A stretch of 64,000 nucleotides of DNA, from assembly GCA_965279525.1 (NCBI GenBank), contig CBDIIB010000005.1, positions 1,184,001-1,248,000 on the forward strand, in the 5' to 3' direction. The DNA is from Tagaea sp. GTDB lineage: Bacteria > Pseudomonadota > Alphaproteobacteria > CACIAM-22H2. How positions within the stretch are numbered: the first letter of the stretch is position 1; each line of letters starts with the position of its first letter. Positions 1-10,222 of the stretch are shown in pieces. The position numbers were made by a program, and so were the translations under genes. The notes under the pieces are model-generated. The model worked only from the letters and a program-made list of their open reading frames with translations. It ran no database searches and was not told where the DNA came from.

Positions 1-1
1 G

Positions 2-151
2 AACCGCGCCGCCGGCGTCATCGCAGATCACCATCAGATCATTCATGCACTCGAAAAGAGAGACGCAGAATTCGCTGCGGCCGTTGCGGCGGTCCATTCC
101 GCGAAGGCCAAGAATCAGCTTTTGGAGCGGATGCAAGGACGCGCTTCGTGA
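2..151 (+). CDS. GntR/FadR-family regulator, C-terminal (FCD) end, truncated by window edge
   Basis: Manual translation from base 2 gives NRAAGVIADHHQIIHALEKRDAEFAAAVAAVHS...*, fitting the FCD pattern H-x2-I-x2-A-x3-RD-x3-A-x6-H. Its TGA overlaps the next GTG (GTGA). Confidence 0.7.
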   Translation, partial: NRAAGVIADHHQIIHALEKRDAEFAAAVAAVHSAKAKNQLLERMQGRAS

Positions 152-1287
152 CAAAGCGGGAAGTCATGACTATCGCAGAAATTTCGTCGATCAGTTTCAA
201 AGTATCCGAGAAGACTGTCTGGAACTTCATTCGAATCGCGGACTCTGACGGAAGAGTCGGCTGGGGCGAAGGCACGCTTGAGGGAAGACATCAGGAAGTC
301 CGGGATATCATTACTCGTATTGCGCCTGAATTCATCGGTGACAAGGCAGCGCCGAGCTTCGAATCGATGCGGGCAAGGCCAGGTTTCAAACTCGATGATG
401 CTGCTGCCGTCAGTGGCATTGATCAAGCGCTTAGGGATATCGAGGCGCAGAAGTTAGGAAGACCCCTTGCTGACATCCTTGGCGATAGAGATCGCCAAGA
501 GGGCGTCCGGCTCTACGCCAATATCAACCGCGGCACCAAGGATCGTAGCGCCGAAGGCTTTGCAAAACGGGCCGCAGATGCTGTGGCATGCGGTTTCGGA
601 GCGATAAAGATCGCTCCGTTCGACCATGTACGGCCCGATCAACTAAATACCTTGGCTGGCCGAAAGCTGTTCGATGAAGGTGTGCAGCGTATTCTGGCGG
701 TACGAGACGCCATCGGGATGGATGTCGATTTGATGATCGATTGTCATTGGCGCCTGACAGAGGCAGCAGCTTCCGACTTGCTGGGTGAACTCAGATCGAT
801 CCAACCCTACTGGCTCGAATGCCCTCTGATCGAAGTAGCTGACAACTTTACTTCGCTACGCAATCTGCGAGCCCGCGCCAACGACGCCGGAATCCGGCTT
901 GCTGGTTGTGAAACTTTGATCGGTCTTGCTGGGTTCCTGCCGTTTCTGGAAGCCCGGGTCTACGACGTGATCATGCCGGACATCAAATATGTCGGAGGAG
1001 TCGATGAGATGTTGCGCGTTGGCGATGCCGCGGCGTCGCGCGGAACAGCTTGTTCGCCGCACAATCCGAGCGGTCCAGTTGCCCATGCCCATAGTCTGCA
1101 CGTGAGCACCCAACTATCCAACTTCCCGTTTTTGGAATTCCAATTTGCCGAGAGCCCGCTTTTCTTCAGCATAGTTTCCGGAGGCCTTCCGAATCCGGTC
1201 GAGGGTCGTTCTGCCATACCGATGGGACCAGGGATCGGTATTTCTCTCGACATGGTGGCTATCAGCCACAAACGGGTGGACAACTGA
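148..1287 (+). CDS. Mandelate racemase/enolase-superfamily acid-sugar dehydratase (galactonate dehydratase-like)
   Basis: GWGE N-terminal motif, LYANINR, KIAPF, metal-ligand motifs DCHW, WLECP and AGCE, and PHNPSGP. Confidence 0.85.
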   Translation: MTKREVMTIAEISSISFKVSEKTVWNFIRIADSDGRVGWGEGTLEGRHQEVRDIITRIAPEFIGDKAAPSFESMRARPGFKLDDAAAVSGIDQALRDIEAQKLGRPLADILGDRDRQEGVRLYANINRGTKDRSAEGFAKRAADAVACGFGAIKIAPFDHVRPDQLNTLAGRKLFDEGVQRILAVRDAIGMDVDLMIDCHWRLTEAAASDLLGELRSIQPYWLECPLIEVADNFTSLRNLRARANDAGIRLAGCETLIGLAGFLPFLEARVYDVIMPDIKYVGGVDEMLRVGDAAASRGTACSPHNPSGPVAHAHSLHVSTQLSNFPFLEFQFAESPLFFSIVSGGLPNPVEGRSAIPMGPGIGISLDMVAISHKRVDN

Positions 1288-2111
1288 TGGGATCGCGTGA
1301 CCTCAAAGTCGATCTCGCTGGGCGCCGCGTGCTCGTGACGGGTGGAAGTCGCGGGATTGCTGCCGCAATCGTCTTAGCTTTTGCCGAAAACGGGGCTGAT
1401 GTTGCGTTCAGCTTTGCGCGAACTGCCGATCTGGCTGCCCAAAACGGCGACGCTGCCGACAAACTTCATCGGCAAGTCGCTAGTTCCGGGCGTCGTGTCA
1501 ACGCCATCGAGGCCGATCTTACGATTCCGGGAGCAGCCGCAACCATGGCGGAAACCGCCGAGCGGCAGCTCGGAGGCATTGATATCGTCGTCTTGAGCGC
1601 TTCGATCCAAGTTCATAAGCCCTTCCTGGAGATGCCGCCCGAAGACATCGGCCGTCAGTTCCAAGTCAATCTCACGTCCAACATCGAAACGCTTCAGAAG
1701 CTCATTCCCGGGATGCGGTCGCGAGGCTTCGGACGAGTCATCAATATTGGCAGCGTTCAGGAATCGGCACCGTCGATTGAGATGCCGGTGTATGCGATGA
1801 CAAAGTCCGCGATCGAGAATCTTGTTCGCAATCTTGCAGGCGAGAATGCGCCATTCGGAATCACGGTCAACAACATCGCGCCGGGCCTGATCGAAACCGA
1901 CAGAAATGCCTTTCGTAGGGCCGAGAGCATGGACAATTGGACTCGGCTTACCCGACGCGCAAATCCGATGCGGCGCGCCGGTCAACCCGAGGACATTGTC
2001 GGCGCAGCGTTGTTTCTTGCATCAAATGCCTCGGCGTTCGTAACCGGAACCACGATTCAGGCAACCGGAGGCGCCCACATACCGCGTGCCAGCAATGACC
2101 CGAGCGATTGA
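1287..2111 (+). CDS. Short-chain dehydrogenase/reductase
   Basis: TGGSRGIA Rossmann motif, YAMTK catalytic YxxxK, NIAPG. Confidence 0.9.
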   Translation: MGSRDLKVDLAGRRVLVTGGSRGIAAAIVLAFAENGADVAFSFARTADLAAQNGDAADKLHRQVASSGRRVNAIEADLTIPGAAATMAETAERQLGGIDIVVLSASIQVHKPFLEMPPEDIGRQFQVNLTSNIETLQKLIPGMRSRGFGRVINIGSVQESAPSIEMPVYAMTKSAIENLVRNLAGENAPFGITVNNIAPGLIETDRNAFRRAESMDNWTRLTRRANPMRRAGQPEDIVGAALFLASNASAFVTGTTIQATGGAHIPRASNDPSD

Positions 2112-2212
2112 GATTTGATGCCACTCAATTTGCCAAAACTGGTTGTCGATATATTCGGCCGGCTTCGCGAACTCGGCTGACCTGGATCACCACAACAACG
2201 CGACCATTACCA

Positions 2213-3169
2213 ATGGCAGAACAAACCGGGGGAACGACCTTGGCACCGACCTTTCCGCGCTACACGGGAATGTTCCCGATCGCCCCGACACCGTTCCACG
2301 AAAACGGCGACCTCGATCTCGATGGTCAGCGACGCGTGCTCGATTGCATGATCGACCAGGGCGTCGATGGCATCTGCATCCTTGCGAACTATTCCGAGCA
2401 GTTCCTGCTGACCGACCACGAGCGCGACACGCTGCTGGACGTCTGCCTGACGCATGTGGCCGGCCGCCTTCCGGTGATCGTTACCACCAGCCACTTCAGC
2501 ACAAGGATCGCCGCAGAGCGAAGCCGCAAGGCCGCCAAGGCGGGTGCCAAGATGCTTATGCTGATGCCGCCCTATCATGGCACGGCGCTTCGCGCCGACG
2601 AGTCCGGGATCCTCGAGCATTTCGCTGCAGTCGCCGAGGCAAGTGGGCTGCCGATCATGGTCCAGGACGCGCCGCTTAGCGGCGTCACGCTGTCGGCTTC
2701 CTTCCTTGCGCGGATGGCCAAGGAAATACCGAGTGTGTGCTACTTCAAGATCGAAGTGCCGTTCGCGGCCGACAAGCTGCGCAGCATGATCGAACTCGGC
2801 GGCAAGGGCATCGTCGGCCCTTTCGACGGAGAGGAATCGATCACGCTGATGGCCGATCTCGATGCGGGTGCCACTGGCACGATGGCAAGTGCGCTGCTGC
2901 CCGATCTGATCCGCCCTGTCGTGGTCGATTTCCTCGCTGGCCGCCGGAAGGAAGCTTATGCCGCCTATTCGCGGATCCTGCCGCTGATCAACTACGAGAA
3001 CCGGCAGTGTGGCCTGCGCGCGACAAAGGTGGCGATGAAGGAGGGTAAGGTGATCAAGAGTGAAGCCGTACGTCACCCCCTGAAGCCGATGCATCCGCTG
3101 GCGCGCGCCGGACTTTTGGATATCGCTAAGCCGCTTAATCTGATGGCATTGCGTTGGGGGTACATCTGA
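2213..3169 (+). CDS. araD: DHDPS/NAL-family L-2-keto-3-deoxyarabonate dehydratase-like
   Basis: ILANYSEQF, MPPYHG, YFKIE, DGEESITLMADL and INYENRQ closely resemble Azospirillum AraD as recalled. ATG 2213 chosen over TTG 2108. Confidence 0.75.
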   Translation: MAEQTGGTTLAPTFPRYTGMFPIAPTPFHENGDLDLDGQRRVLDCMIDQGVDGICILANYSEQFLLTDHERDTLLDVCLTHVAGRLPVIVTTSHFSTRIAAERSRKAAKAGAKMLMLMPPYHGTALRADESGILEHFAAVAEASGLPIMVQDAPLSGVTLSASFLARMAKEIPSVCYFKIEVPFAADKLRSMIELGGKGIVGPFDGEESITLMADLDAGATGTMASALLPDLIRPVVVDFLAGRRKEAYAAYSRILPLINYENRQCGLRATKVAMKEGKVIKSEAVRHPLKPMHPLARAGLLDIAKPLNLMALRWGYI

Positions 3170-3571
3170 TTCTCGTTACTCTTGGTTTCCATTCCATTTC
3201 CTTAGAGAACGGACCTAAGTTCGGGGCAGGACCAAAAGGGCTCGAAGCTCGCTCCCGAGCTGGTTGGGAATCCGGGGCACCGTCAAATACGGAACAGACT
3301 TTACCCTCAACCGGGTGAGTTCAGGGGCTCAGGCCACCGGGAGCTTCATTGCTGGCGCCGATATACAGGTTACTGGCGGTAGCCATCTCAAAGGATACTA
3401 AAAGAGCGATGGCTTCCGATCTTGATATCGCCCGATCGGCACCGATAGACGATCGAGGCTATCTTGGTCGTAAGCTGAAGGTGCAACTCGACGAAACCCT
3501 CAAGAAGATAGCCGCCTATTCGATGATCCGCTGCACAGGAAAGTCGGACATGCACCGATGGGCCCGAAATT

Positions 3572-4462
3572 CTAGCGCGCCGCCGCGAACTGTCGGGCCA
3601 CCGCGATGAAACGCTCGAGCGTGCGCGAGCTGTTGCCCGCGCGCCAGGCGATGGCAAGTTCGGCGTTCGGCGTGTCAGCGGCAGCGAGCGGACGGTAGAC
3701 AACGCCGTCAAGCCGAAGGCGCGCCACTGACGTCGGCACGAACGCCACACCAAGGGCAGCGCCCACCAGCCCGATCATCGCATGTAGTTGGTTCACCTCC
3801 TGGACAATCTCGAGTTGGACGCCAGCGGCTTCGAGCCGCGCGCGGAAACGACTTTCGATATAGCGGCGCTTGCCAGCCGGCGTTGTGATGAGGTGCTCGC
3901 CGTTAAGTGCTGCAAGCGGAATCTCGCGCAACCGCGCCAACCGATGGAGGCGGGGGAGAGCGACTATGTAGGGCTCGCTGTAAATCAGCGTGTGCGTGAT
4001 CGCCCGGCCGAGATTGAGAGGCCGCACAAGGCCTACGTCCACACGCCCATCCCCGATCGCCGAAACCTGCTCGCCGGTCACCATCTCCTGCAAGGCGACC
4101 ATAACCGCCGGCATCGCCTCGCTGTAGGCCGAGATCAGCTTAGGCAGGATGTTGAATGGGGCCGCTTCGACGAACGCAACAGACAGCCGGCCGATCTGCC
4201 CAGCCTGCGCGCGCCTCGCCATGGTGACGGCGCGATCCATACTGCGGAGCGTCTCGTTGGCTTCCTCAAGGAAGACGCGTCCGGCATCGGTAAGGGCGAC
4301 GTGCTTGGGGCCGCGTGAAAACAGGCGCACGCCGAGCACGGTCTCGAGCCGGGCGATCTGATGGCTGAGCGCGGGCTGTGTGATGTTCAGCCGCGCGGCG
4401 GCCTTTGAGAAATGCAGGTCGTCCGCGAGGGTGACGAAAGAGGCAAGCTGGCGTCGGTCCAT
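3572..4462 (-). CDS. LysR-family transcriptional regulator
   Basis: LHFSKAAARLNITQPALSHQIARLE HTH; divergent from the sulfatase operon. Confidence 0.95.
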   Translation of the reverse strand: MDRRQLASFVTLADDLHFSKAAARLNITQPALSHQIARLETVLGVRLFSRGPKHVALTDAGRVFLEEANETLRSMDRAVTMARRAQAGQIGRLSVAFVEAAPFNILPKLISAYSEAMPAVMVALQEMVTGEQVSAIGDGRVDVGLVRPLNLGRAITHTLIYSEPYIVALPRLHRLARLREIPLAALNGEHLITTPAGKRRYIESRFRARLEAAGVQLEIVQEVNQLHAMIGLVGAALGVAFVPTSVARLRLDGVVYRPLAAADTPNAELAIAWRAGNSSRTLERFIAVARQFAAAR

Positions 4463-4559
4463 TGGCGGTCCCTATCACTTCCAATTATAAAAATTATTGA
4501 TTGTAAGATAGTCTTTCATTAGCCGAGCATCGCCCCAAGGATCAAGGGGGAGACGCATC

Positions 4560-6053
4560 ATGGAGCGGTCGGAATCGGCCAGACGGCCGAACGTTCTTTT
4601 CGTGTCGGTCGACCAGTGGCCGGCATCGCTAATGGGAGTCGCGGGCCATCCGACGGTCGAGACCCCCACGCTCGACGCGCTCGCGGCGGTGGGCACTCGC
4701 TTCACGCGCGCCTATTCCGAGACGCCGATCTGCATTCCGGCACGCCGCTCGATGATGACGGGGACGAGCCCGCGCAAGCACGGCGACCGCGAATTCCAGA
4801 CCGCGCTGCCGATGCCGGCCGGCATGCCCACGCTTGCCGGCTGCTTCGGTGCCGCCGGCTACCAGAGCTTCGCGGTCGGCAAGCTGCATGTCTATCCGCA
4901 GCGCGACCGCATCGGCTTCGACGACGCGCTGATCGCCGAGGAAGGCCGCAGCCATCTGGGGGCCGTCGACGACTACGAGATATTCCTCGCCGACCGCGGC
5001 CATGCCGGCCAGCAGTTCATGCACGGCATGAGCAACAACGAATATGGCTGGCGCCCCTGGCACCTGCCCGAGGAGCTGCACGTCACGAACTGGACGACCG
5101 CGACGGCCGCGCGCACGATCAGGCGGCGCGATCCCACGCGCCCGGCGCTCTGGCACGTCTCGTATACGCATCCCCATCCGCCGATCGTGCCGCTGGCGAG
5201 CTATGTCGAGCGCTACCGCGACCGGAAGATCGAGCTGCCGCCGATGGGCGCCTGGGCGGCCGATCCCGCACGCCTGCCGCACGCGCTGCGCGCCGCGCGC
5301 GCCTTCTGGCCGCAACTGAAGCCGGCCGAGCATGCCGACATGCTGCGCGCGTTCTACGCGCAGTGCACGCATATCGACCACCAAATACGCATCCTGATCG
5401 GCACGCTGCGCGAGGAAGAGCTGCTCGACGATACCGTGATCCTCTTCACGGGCGACCATGGCGACATGCTGGGCACCCACGGCCTTTACGCCAAGCGGCT
5501 GATGTATGAAGGCTCGGTCGGCATCCCGATGATCCTCGTGGGTACTGCGGCGGATGCCGGCCTTGCGGGCAGGGTCGACGACCGGCTCGTCGGGTTGCAG
5601 GACGTGATGCCCACACTGCTGGGCCTGTGCGGACTGCCGGTGCCGGCAAGCTGCGAAGGGCGTTCGATGGTGGCCGGGGCCCGGCGCGAGACGCTCTATT
5701 GCGAATCGCTCGTGGGCAGGAAGGCGACGCGCATGGTCCATGACGGACGCAACAAGCTGATCTGGTACCCGGCGGGCAATTTCTTCCAGCTTTTCGACAT
5801 CGCCGAAGATCCCAAGGAACTGCACGACCGTGCGGCCGATCCGGCGTTCCGCCCGATGCTCGACAGGTTGAAGGCCGCGCTGCTCGCCGAGCTCTACGGT
5901 TCGGATGCCGGGTTCGTGAAGGACGGACGGCTTGTCGGCGAGCCGGATGCGCCGGACGACCGGAAGCCGAACCGGGGCCTTTCGGGCCAGCGCGGCGTGC
6001 ATTTCCCGCCGCTGGCACCGACCGACCCTTCGAAAGTCGTGGGGGCGGGATGA
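4560..6053 (+). CDS. Formylglycine-dependent sulfatase
   Basis: PNVLFVSVDQ, CIPAR (CxPxR), GKLH, HPHPP, GDHGDMLG. Confidence 0.92.
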   Translation: MERSESARRPNVLFVSVDQWPASLMGVAGHPTVETPTLDALAAVGTRFTRAYSETPICIPARRSMMTGTSPRKHGDREFQTALPMPAGMPTLAGCFGAAGYQSFAVGKLHVYPQRDRIGFDDALIAEEGRSHLGAVDDYEIFLADRGHAGQQFMHGMSNNEYGWRPWHLPEELHVTNWTTATAARTIRRRDPTRPALWHVSYTHPHPPIVPLASYVERYRDRKIELPPMGAWAADPARLPHALRAARAFWPQLKPAEHADMLRAFYAQCTHIDHQIRILIGTLREEELLDDTVILFTGDHGDMLGTHGLYAKRLMYEGSVGIPMILVGTAADAGLAGRVDDRLVGLQDVMPTLLGLCGLPVPASCEGRSMVAGARRETLYCESLVGRKATRMVHDGRNKLIWYPAGNFFQLFDIAEDPKELHDRAADPAFRPMLDRLKAALLAELYGSDAGFVKDGRLVGEPDAPDDRKPNRGLSGQRGVHFPPLAPTDPSKVVGAG

Positions 6054-6811
6054 ACGCGAAATCGCAGATGTCGCTGCCGAGTCTCGCCGGCCGGCGCGTG
6101 GTCGTCACGGGCGGTGCGTCGGGCATCGGCCGGTGCATCGTCGAGGCTTTTCTTGCGCAGGACTGCCTCGTCGAGGCGATCGACATCGACGAAGCTGCGG
6201 CCGATGCGCTGCGTGCCGCGAACCCGGGCGCACGGCTTTCGGTGCGTCTGGCCGATCTTGCCGATCCGGCCGCGCGCGCCGCGGCCATGCAGGCCGTGTC
6301 CGATGCCGGGCGCATCGACGTGATGGTGACCAATGCGGCGAACGACACGCGCCACGCCTGGTCGGACGTCACGCCGGATTCCTGGCGGCACACGCTGGCG
6401 ATCAATCTCGACCACCAGTTCTTCTGCGCACAGGCCGCGGCCCGCGCGATGACCGCACAGGGATCGGGCATCGTCGTCATGCTCGGCTCGATCACGGCGC
6501 GCCGCGGCTCGCCCGCCATGGCCGGATATCTCGTGGCCAAGGGCGGCGTCGAGGCGATGGTGCGCGGCCTCGCCCGCGAACTGGGGCCTGCAGGCGTGCG
6601 CGTCGTCGGCGTGGTGCCGGGTGCGATCGATACCGAACGCCAGCGCCGCCTGTGGCAGACGCCCGAGCGCGTCGAACAGATCCTGGCCGCACAGGCGATC
6701 CACCAACGCCTCGACGGCTGGGACATCGCGCAGATGGTCCTCTTCCTCGCGTCCGACAATGCGCGCGGCTGCACCGCGCAGAGCTACGTGGTCGATGCCG
6801 GCCTTACCTGA
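6050..6811 (+). CDS. SDR, aldose 1-dehydrogenase (XylB-like)
   Basis: TGGASGIG, NAANDTRH, YLVAK and ARELGPAGVRV...TERQ resemble the Caulobacter xylose dehydrogenase subfamily. Confidence 0.75.
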   Translation: MNAKSQMSLPSLAGRRVVVTGGASGIGRCIVEAFLAQDCLVEAIDIDEAAADALRAANPGARLSVRLADLADPAARAAAMQAVSDAGRIDVMVTNAANDTRHAWSDVTPDSWRHTLAINLDHQFFCAQAAARAMTAQGSGIVVMLGSITARRGSPAMAGYLVAKGGVEAMVRGLARELGPAGVRVVGVVPGAIDTERQRRLWQTPERVEQILAAQAIHQRLDGWDIAQMVLFLASDNARGCTAQSYVVDAGLT

Positions 6812-6834
6812 AAACAGAACCCGGAGGAACGCAG

Positions 6835-8112
6835 ATGAACAGCAAACTTACTCGGCGCCAGGCCCTTCTCGCCACCGGTACCGCCCTGGCGATGCCCTCG
6901 CTTGCTCGGGCACAGGCCGGCGACAGCCTCACCTATCTGGGCTGGAGCCATACCGAGGCCGGCAGCAAGCCCTTCCTCGACGGCGTGTTCGACGATTTCA
7001 AGAAGACGAACCCGGCCATCAGATTCGAGACGGTCGGCGTACCGTTCGGGCAGATGGAGACAACCGTCTTTCTGCGCAAGCGTTCGAACCAGCGGACCGA
7101 CGTGATTCAGATGCAGGAGCGCTGGCTGGCGACGTTCGTCGCAGCCGGCGGGATGGTTGATGTCGACAGGATCTTCGGCGCTGACTTCATCGACAGGACG
7201 TTCCATCCCAACTCGGTCGCCCAGGCGCGCGTGCGTGGCGGACGCTACGGCGTGCCGTGGGTGTCGGGTTCGACCGGGCTGGTGGCCAATACCAAGCTCC
7301 TGGCCGAGGTTGGCGTGCGCAAACCCGAGACGATGGACGAGCTTCTCGACACGATGCGCAAGATCAAGAAGGCCAAGCCCAACTCCAGCCCACTCGGCAT
7401 CACGACGAAGAATTTGTCGCTGACCCAGCTCGAGACGCAGCTCTTCTTCTGGCAATTCGGCGCGAAGTTCTTTGACGCGGGCGGAAAAGTCACGATCGAC
7501 AGCGATGCCGCACGCCAGGCGCTCGGCCTGTTGGCGACGATGACCAAGGAAGGCTTGATCGTGCCGGGCAACGACCGGTTCGATTTCCGGCGGCTCTTCG
7601 CGCAGGAATTGGTCGCCTTCTATCCCGATCCGCCGCTGGCTCGTGCCTTCGCGCGTGCCCAATCCGGCCAAGGCGAGGCCTACGACAGGTTCATCGCGCC
7701 CATGGCGACACCGGTGGTCAAGCGCGGCGACGATCCGGTTTCGATCCAGTGGTCACACCTGTTGGCATTTCCGGATTTCGGCGGCGCCAAACCGTCGGTC
7801 GACGGCCCGGTCGGCAAGTTCGTCACACATCTGGCGAAGCCGGATACCCAACTCGCCTATTTCCGGACGGCAGGCGTTTTCCCGACCACCAAGGCCGCCC
7901 TCGATACCCTTGCCTCGGACAGCTACGTGACCGAGTGGGTGGCCCTGTCGAAGTTCGCGCGGGCTGACGAGGTCGCACAGTTCTCGAACGGACCACAATT
8001 GCGCGACGTTATCGGCGAGGAGATCGTCGCAGCGATGCTCGGCCAGAAGACGGCCGCTGAGGCGATCGGCTCGATGTCGAAGCGTCTGACGGAAATCGGG
8101 CCGAAAACCTGA
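6835..8112 (+). CDS. Carbohydrate ABC transporter substrate-binding protein, Tat signal
   Basis: MNSKLTRRQALL twin-arginine signal ending AQA, GGAGG RBS, two permeases downstream. Confidence 0.85.
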   Translation: MNSKLTRRQALLATGTALAMPSLARAQAGDSLTYLGWSHTEAGSKPFLDGVFDDFKKTNPAIRFETVGVPFGQMETTVFLRKRSNQRTDVIQMQERWLATFVAAGGMVDVDRIFGADFIDRTFHPNSVAQARVRGGRYGVPWVSGSTGLVANTKLLAEVGVRKPETMDELLDTMRKIKKAKPNSSPLGITTKNLSLTQLETQLFFWQFGAKFFDAGGKVTIDSDAARQALGLLATMTKEGLIVPGNDRFDFRRLFAQELVAFYPDPPLARAFARAQSGQGEAYDRFIAPMATPVVKRGDDPVSIQWSHLLAFPDFGGAKPSVDGPVGKFVTHLAKPDTQLAYFRTAGVFPTTKAALDTLASDSYVTEWVALSKFARADEVAQFSNGPQLRDVIGEEIVAAMLGQKTAAEAIGSMSKRLTEIGPKT

Positions 8113-9023
8113 TGTCTGTGGGCGGCATCACTGTAGCACGGTCGGGCGGACTCGGGCGGGCGCAGGCATGGTTCGGCTTCGGCCTGACCGTGCCGGCGCT
8201 CACCGGATTTGTGGTGTTGATCCTTGGGCCGTTCCTCGCATCCGTCTATTTCGCGCTCCACGAATACCGGATCGAATCCGCCGAACCAGTCTTCGTGGGG
8301 CTGCGGAATCTGGAGACATTGTGGCGAGAGACGACATTCTGGCAGTCGTGGCGCACGACCGTGATCTATGTCGCTGCGACGACCAGCCTCACGGCGTTTC
8401 TCGGCACGCTTTACGCGCTTTTCCTCAACGAGCCGTTCGGCGGTCGCGCCGTCGTGCGTGCGGCCTCGCTTCTCCCGTGGGTCCTGCCGAGTACGGTCAC
8501 TGCCTTCCTGTGGGCTTGGCTGTTCCATGGCCAGTACGGTGTGGTCAATGCGTTCCTGATGACGCTCGGCGTCATGCAGCAGCCCTTCTTCTGGCTGTCG
8601 ACCGGCAACGGCGCGCTTGCCGCAGTCATTCTTGCCAAGGCGTGGCTAAGTACGCCGATCGTGATGCTGTTCGTACTGGCGGCACTCCAGTCGCTGCCCG
8701 TCGAACAGGTGGAGGCGGCACGCCTGGACGGGGCTGGGGACGGTGCCGTGCTGCGCCATGTCGTGATGCCGCACATCTCGCGTACGCTCGGCATCGTTCT
8801 CGTCCTGCAGGCGATGGGCAACCTGCAGGTCTTCGACGTGATCTACGCGATGACGGCTGGCGGGCCCGTGCGCGCGACGACAGTACTTTCCATCGAAGTC
8901 TACCGGCGTGCGTTCGAGCAGTGGAATCTCGGCATGGCTGCGGCCATCGGCCTCGTATGGTTCGCGACGATCGCGGGAATTGCCATCGTCTACCTTCGCA
9001 TGCTGCTGAAGGATCAGGAATGA
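8112..9023 (+). CDS. Carbohydrate ABC transporter permease
   Basis: Multiple TM helices, EAARLDGA loop, TAGGP. Confidence 0.92.
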   Translation: MSVGGITVARSGGLGRAQAWFGFGLTVPALTGFVVLILGPFLASVYFALHEYRIESAEPVFVGLRNLETLWRETTFWQSWRTTVIYVAATTSLTAFLGTLYALFLNEPFGGRAVVRAASLLPWVLPSTVTAFLWAWLFHGQYGVVNAFLMTLGVMQQPFFWLSTGNGALAAVILAKAWLSTPIVMLFVLAALQSLPVEQVEAARLDGAGDGAVLRHVVMPHISRTLGIVLVLQAMGNLQVFDVIYAMTAGGPVRATTVLSIEVYRRAFEQWNLGMAAAIGLVWFATIAGIAIVYLRMLLKDQE

Positions 9024-9874
9024 TGGCGCCTGTCGTTTTCACCTCGCGCAGGCGCGGCGTCGTGCTGTTTCGCGGCGCTTTGTTCGTGGCCCTGCTCGTA
9101 TTTCTGTTTTTCCCCGTCTACTGGATGGTCGCCACATCGTTCCGTCCGCAGAACGAGGTGTTCGTCCAGTTTCCCACGCTGGTTCCGTTCACGCCGACTC
9201 TCGACAATTTCCGGCGCGCTTGGATCCAGTCCGACTTGCCGCTCTACCTGCGCAACAGCTTGGTCACGGCAGGCGGATCGGCGCTGCTGACGACGGCGAT
9301 TGCCGCGCTCGCGGCCTACGGCTTCGCGAAGTACCGGTTCTTCGCACGCAAGCCGCTGATGTACCTGATGATTTCGGCGCAGATGTTTCCCTTCGCTGTG
9401 ATCCTCATCAGCATCTATTCGCTGCTGCAGGCGCTCGACCTTCTCAACACGCTAGGCGGCCTGACGATCGCATATATCGTCTTCGCGCTGCCGGCGGCAA
9501 TCTACATCCTGTTCTCGTTCTTCATGCGCCTTCCGGACGAACTCATCGAAGCCGCGCGCATCGACGGTGCTAGCGAACTGCGGATTCTGATGCGCATCGT
9601 GTTGCCGCTCTCCGGTCCGGCCCTGATCGCCGTCGGCATTTACTCGTTCATGTGGGCGTGGAACGACCTGCTCTATTCGCTTACGCTCATCACGCGCGAC
9701 GACTCGCGCACGATCGGCCCCGGCCTATTGCTCGCCTTCTTTGGCGAGATGCAGCAGGACTGGGCCGGCGCTATGGCCGCCTCGATCCTTGCGGCCCTGC
9801 CGGCGGTGGTCGTATTCGGCATCCTTCAGCGCTATTTCGTCCAGGGGTTAACAGCGGGCGCAGTGAAGAGCTAG
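9020..9874 (+). CDS. Carbohydrate ABC transporter permease
   Basis: EAARIDGAS, WNDLL, VQGLTAGAVKS C-terminus; ATGA overlap with upstream stop. Confidence 0.92.
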   Translation: MMAPVVFTSRRRGVVLFRGALFVALLVFLFFPVYWMVATSFRPQNEVFVQFPTLVPFTPTLDNFRRAWIQSDLPLYLRNSLVTAGGSALLTTAIAALAAYGFAKYRFFARKPLMYLMISAQMFPFAVILISIYSLLQALDLLNTLGGLTIAYIVFALPAAIYILFSFFMRLPDELIEAARIDGASELRILMRIVLPLSGPALIAVGIYSFMWAWNDLLYSLTLITRDDSRTIGPGLLLAFFGEMQQDWAGAMAASILAALPAVVVFGILQRYFVQGLTAGAVKS

Positions 9875-10222
9875 GTGCAGGTAGAAAGTCAGAAAGGAAT
9901 TGCTTGGAATTTAATGACGCCAGAGTTGGAGGTCGAGGGTCGAAAAATTGCTCCGTTAACCCCTGATTCGACAAACAGGGATGCGCATGGATTCGCTTTC
10001 GACTTTCAATAGGCCACCGGCAAGTGGCTGATTTTCTAGCCCAGCTTCGTCCAGGCTGATCGACGCCGCCGTGAAATAGAGTGTTAGCGTTTCGGGCTCG
10101 CCGATTGCGTAGCTTGTCACTTGGGAGATCAGGCTTGCCGATGAAAGTGGCAAGTCCGGATTAGGTATGAGTATGTATATGTTTCCAACGATATAGCGAT
10201 AACTCGTACTGGCCTGCTGTAA

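Noticed and set aside
3200-3400. Possible ZTP riboswitch upstream of the fhs-like remnant
   Set aside because: Only a CCACCGGGAGC fragment resembles it; the other conserved elements are not evident.
9956-10153. 65-aa minus-strand ORF
   Set aside because: TTG start, no clear RBS or motif; at most part of a decayed gene.
10181-10187. GTTTCCA matching the transposon terminus
   Set aside because: Same orientation as the right end, only 7 bp, and no comM 5' part next to it; not the other end.
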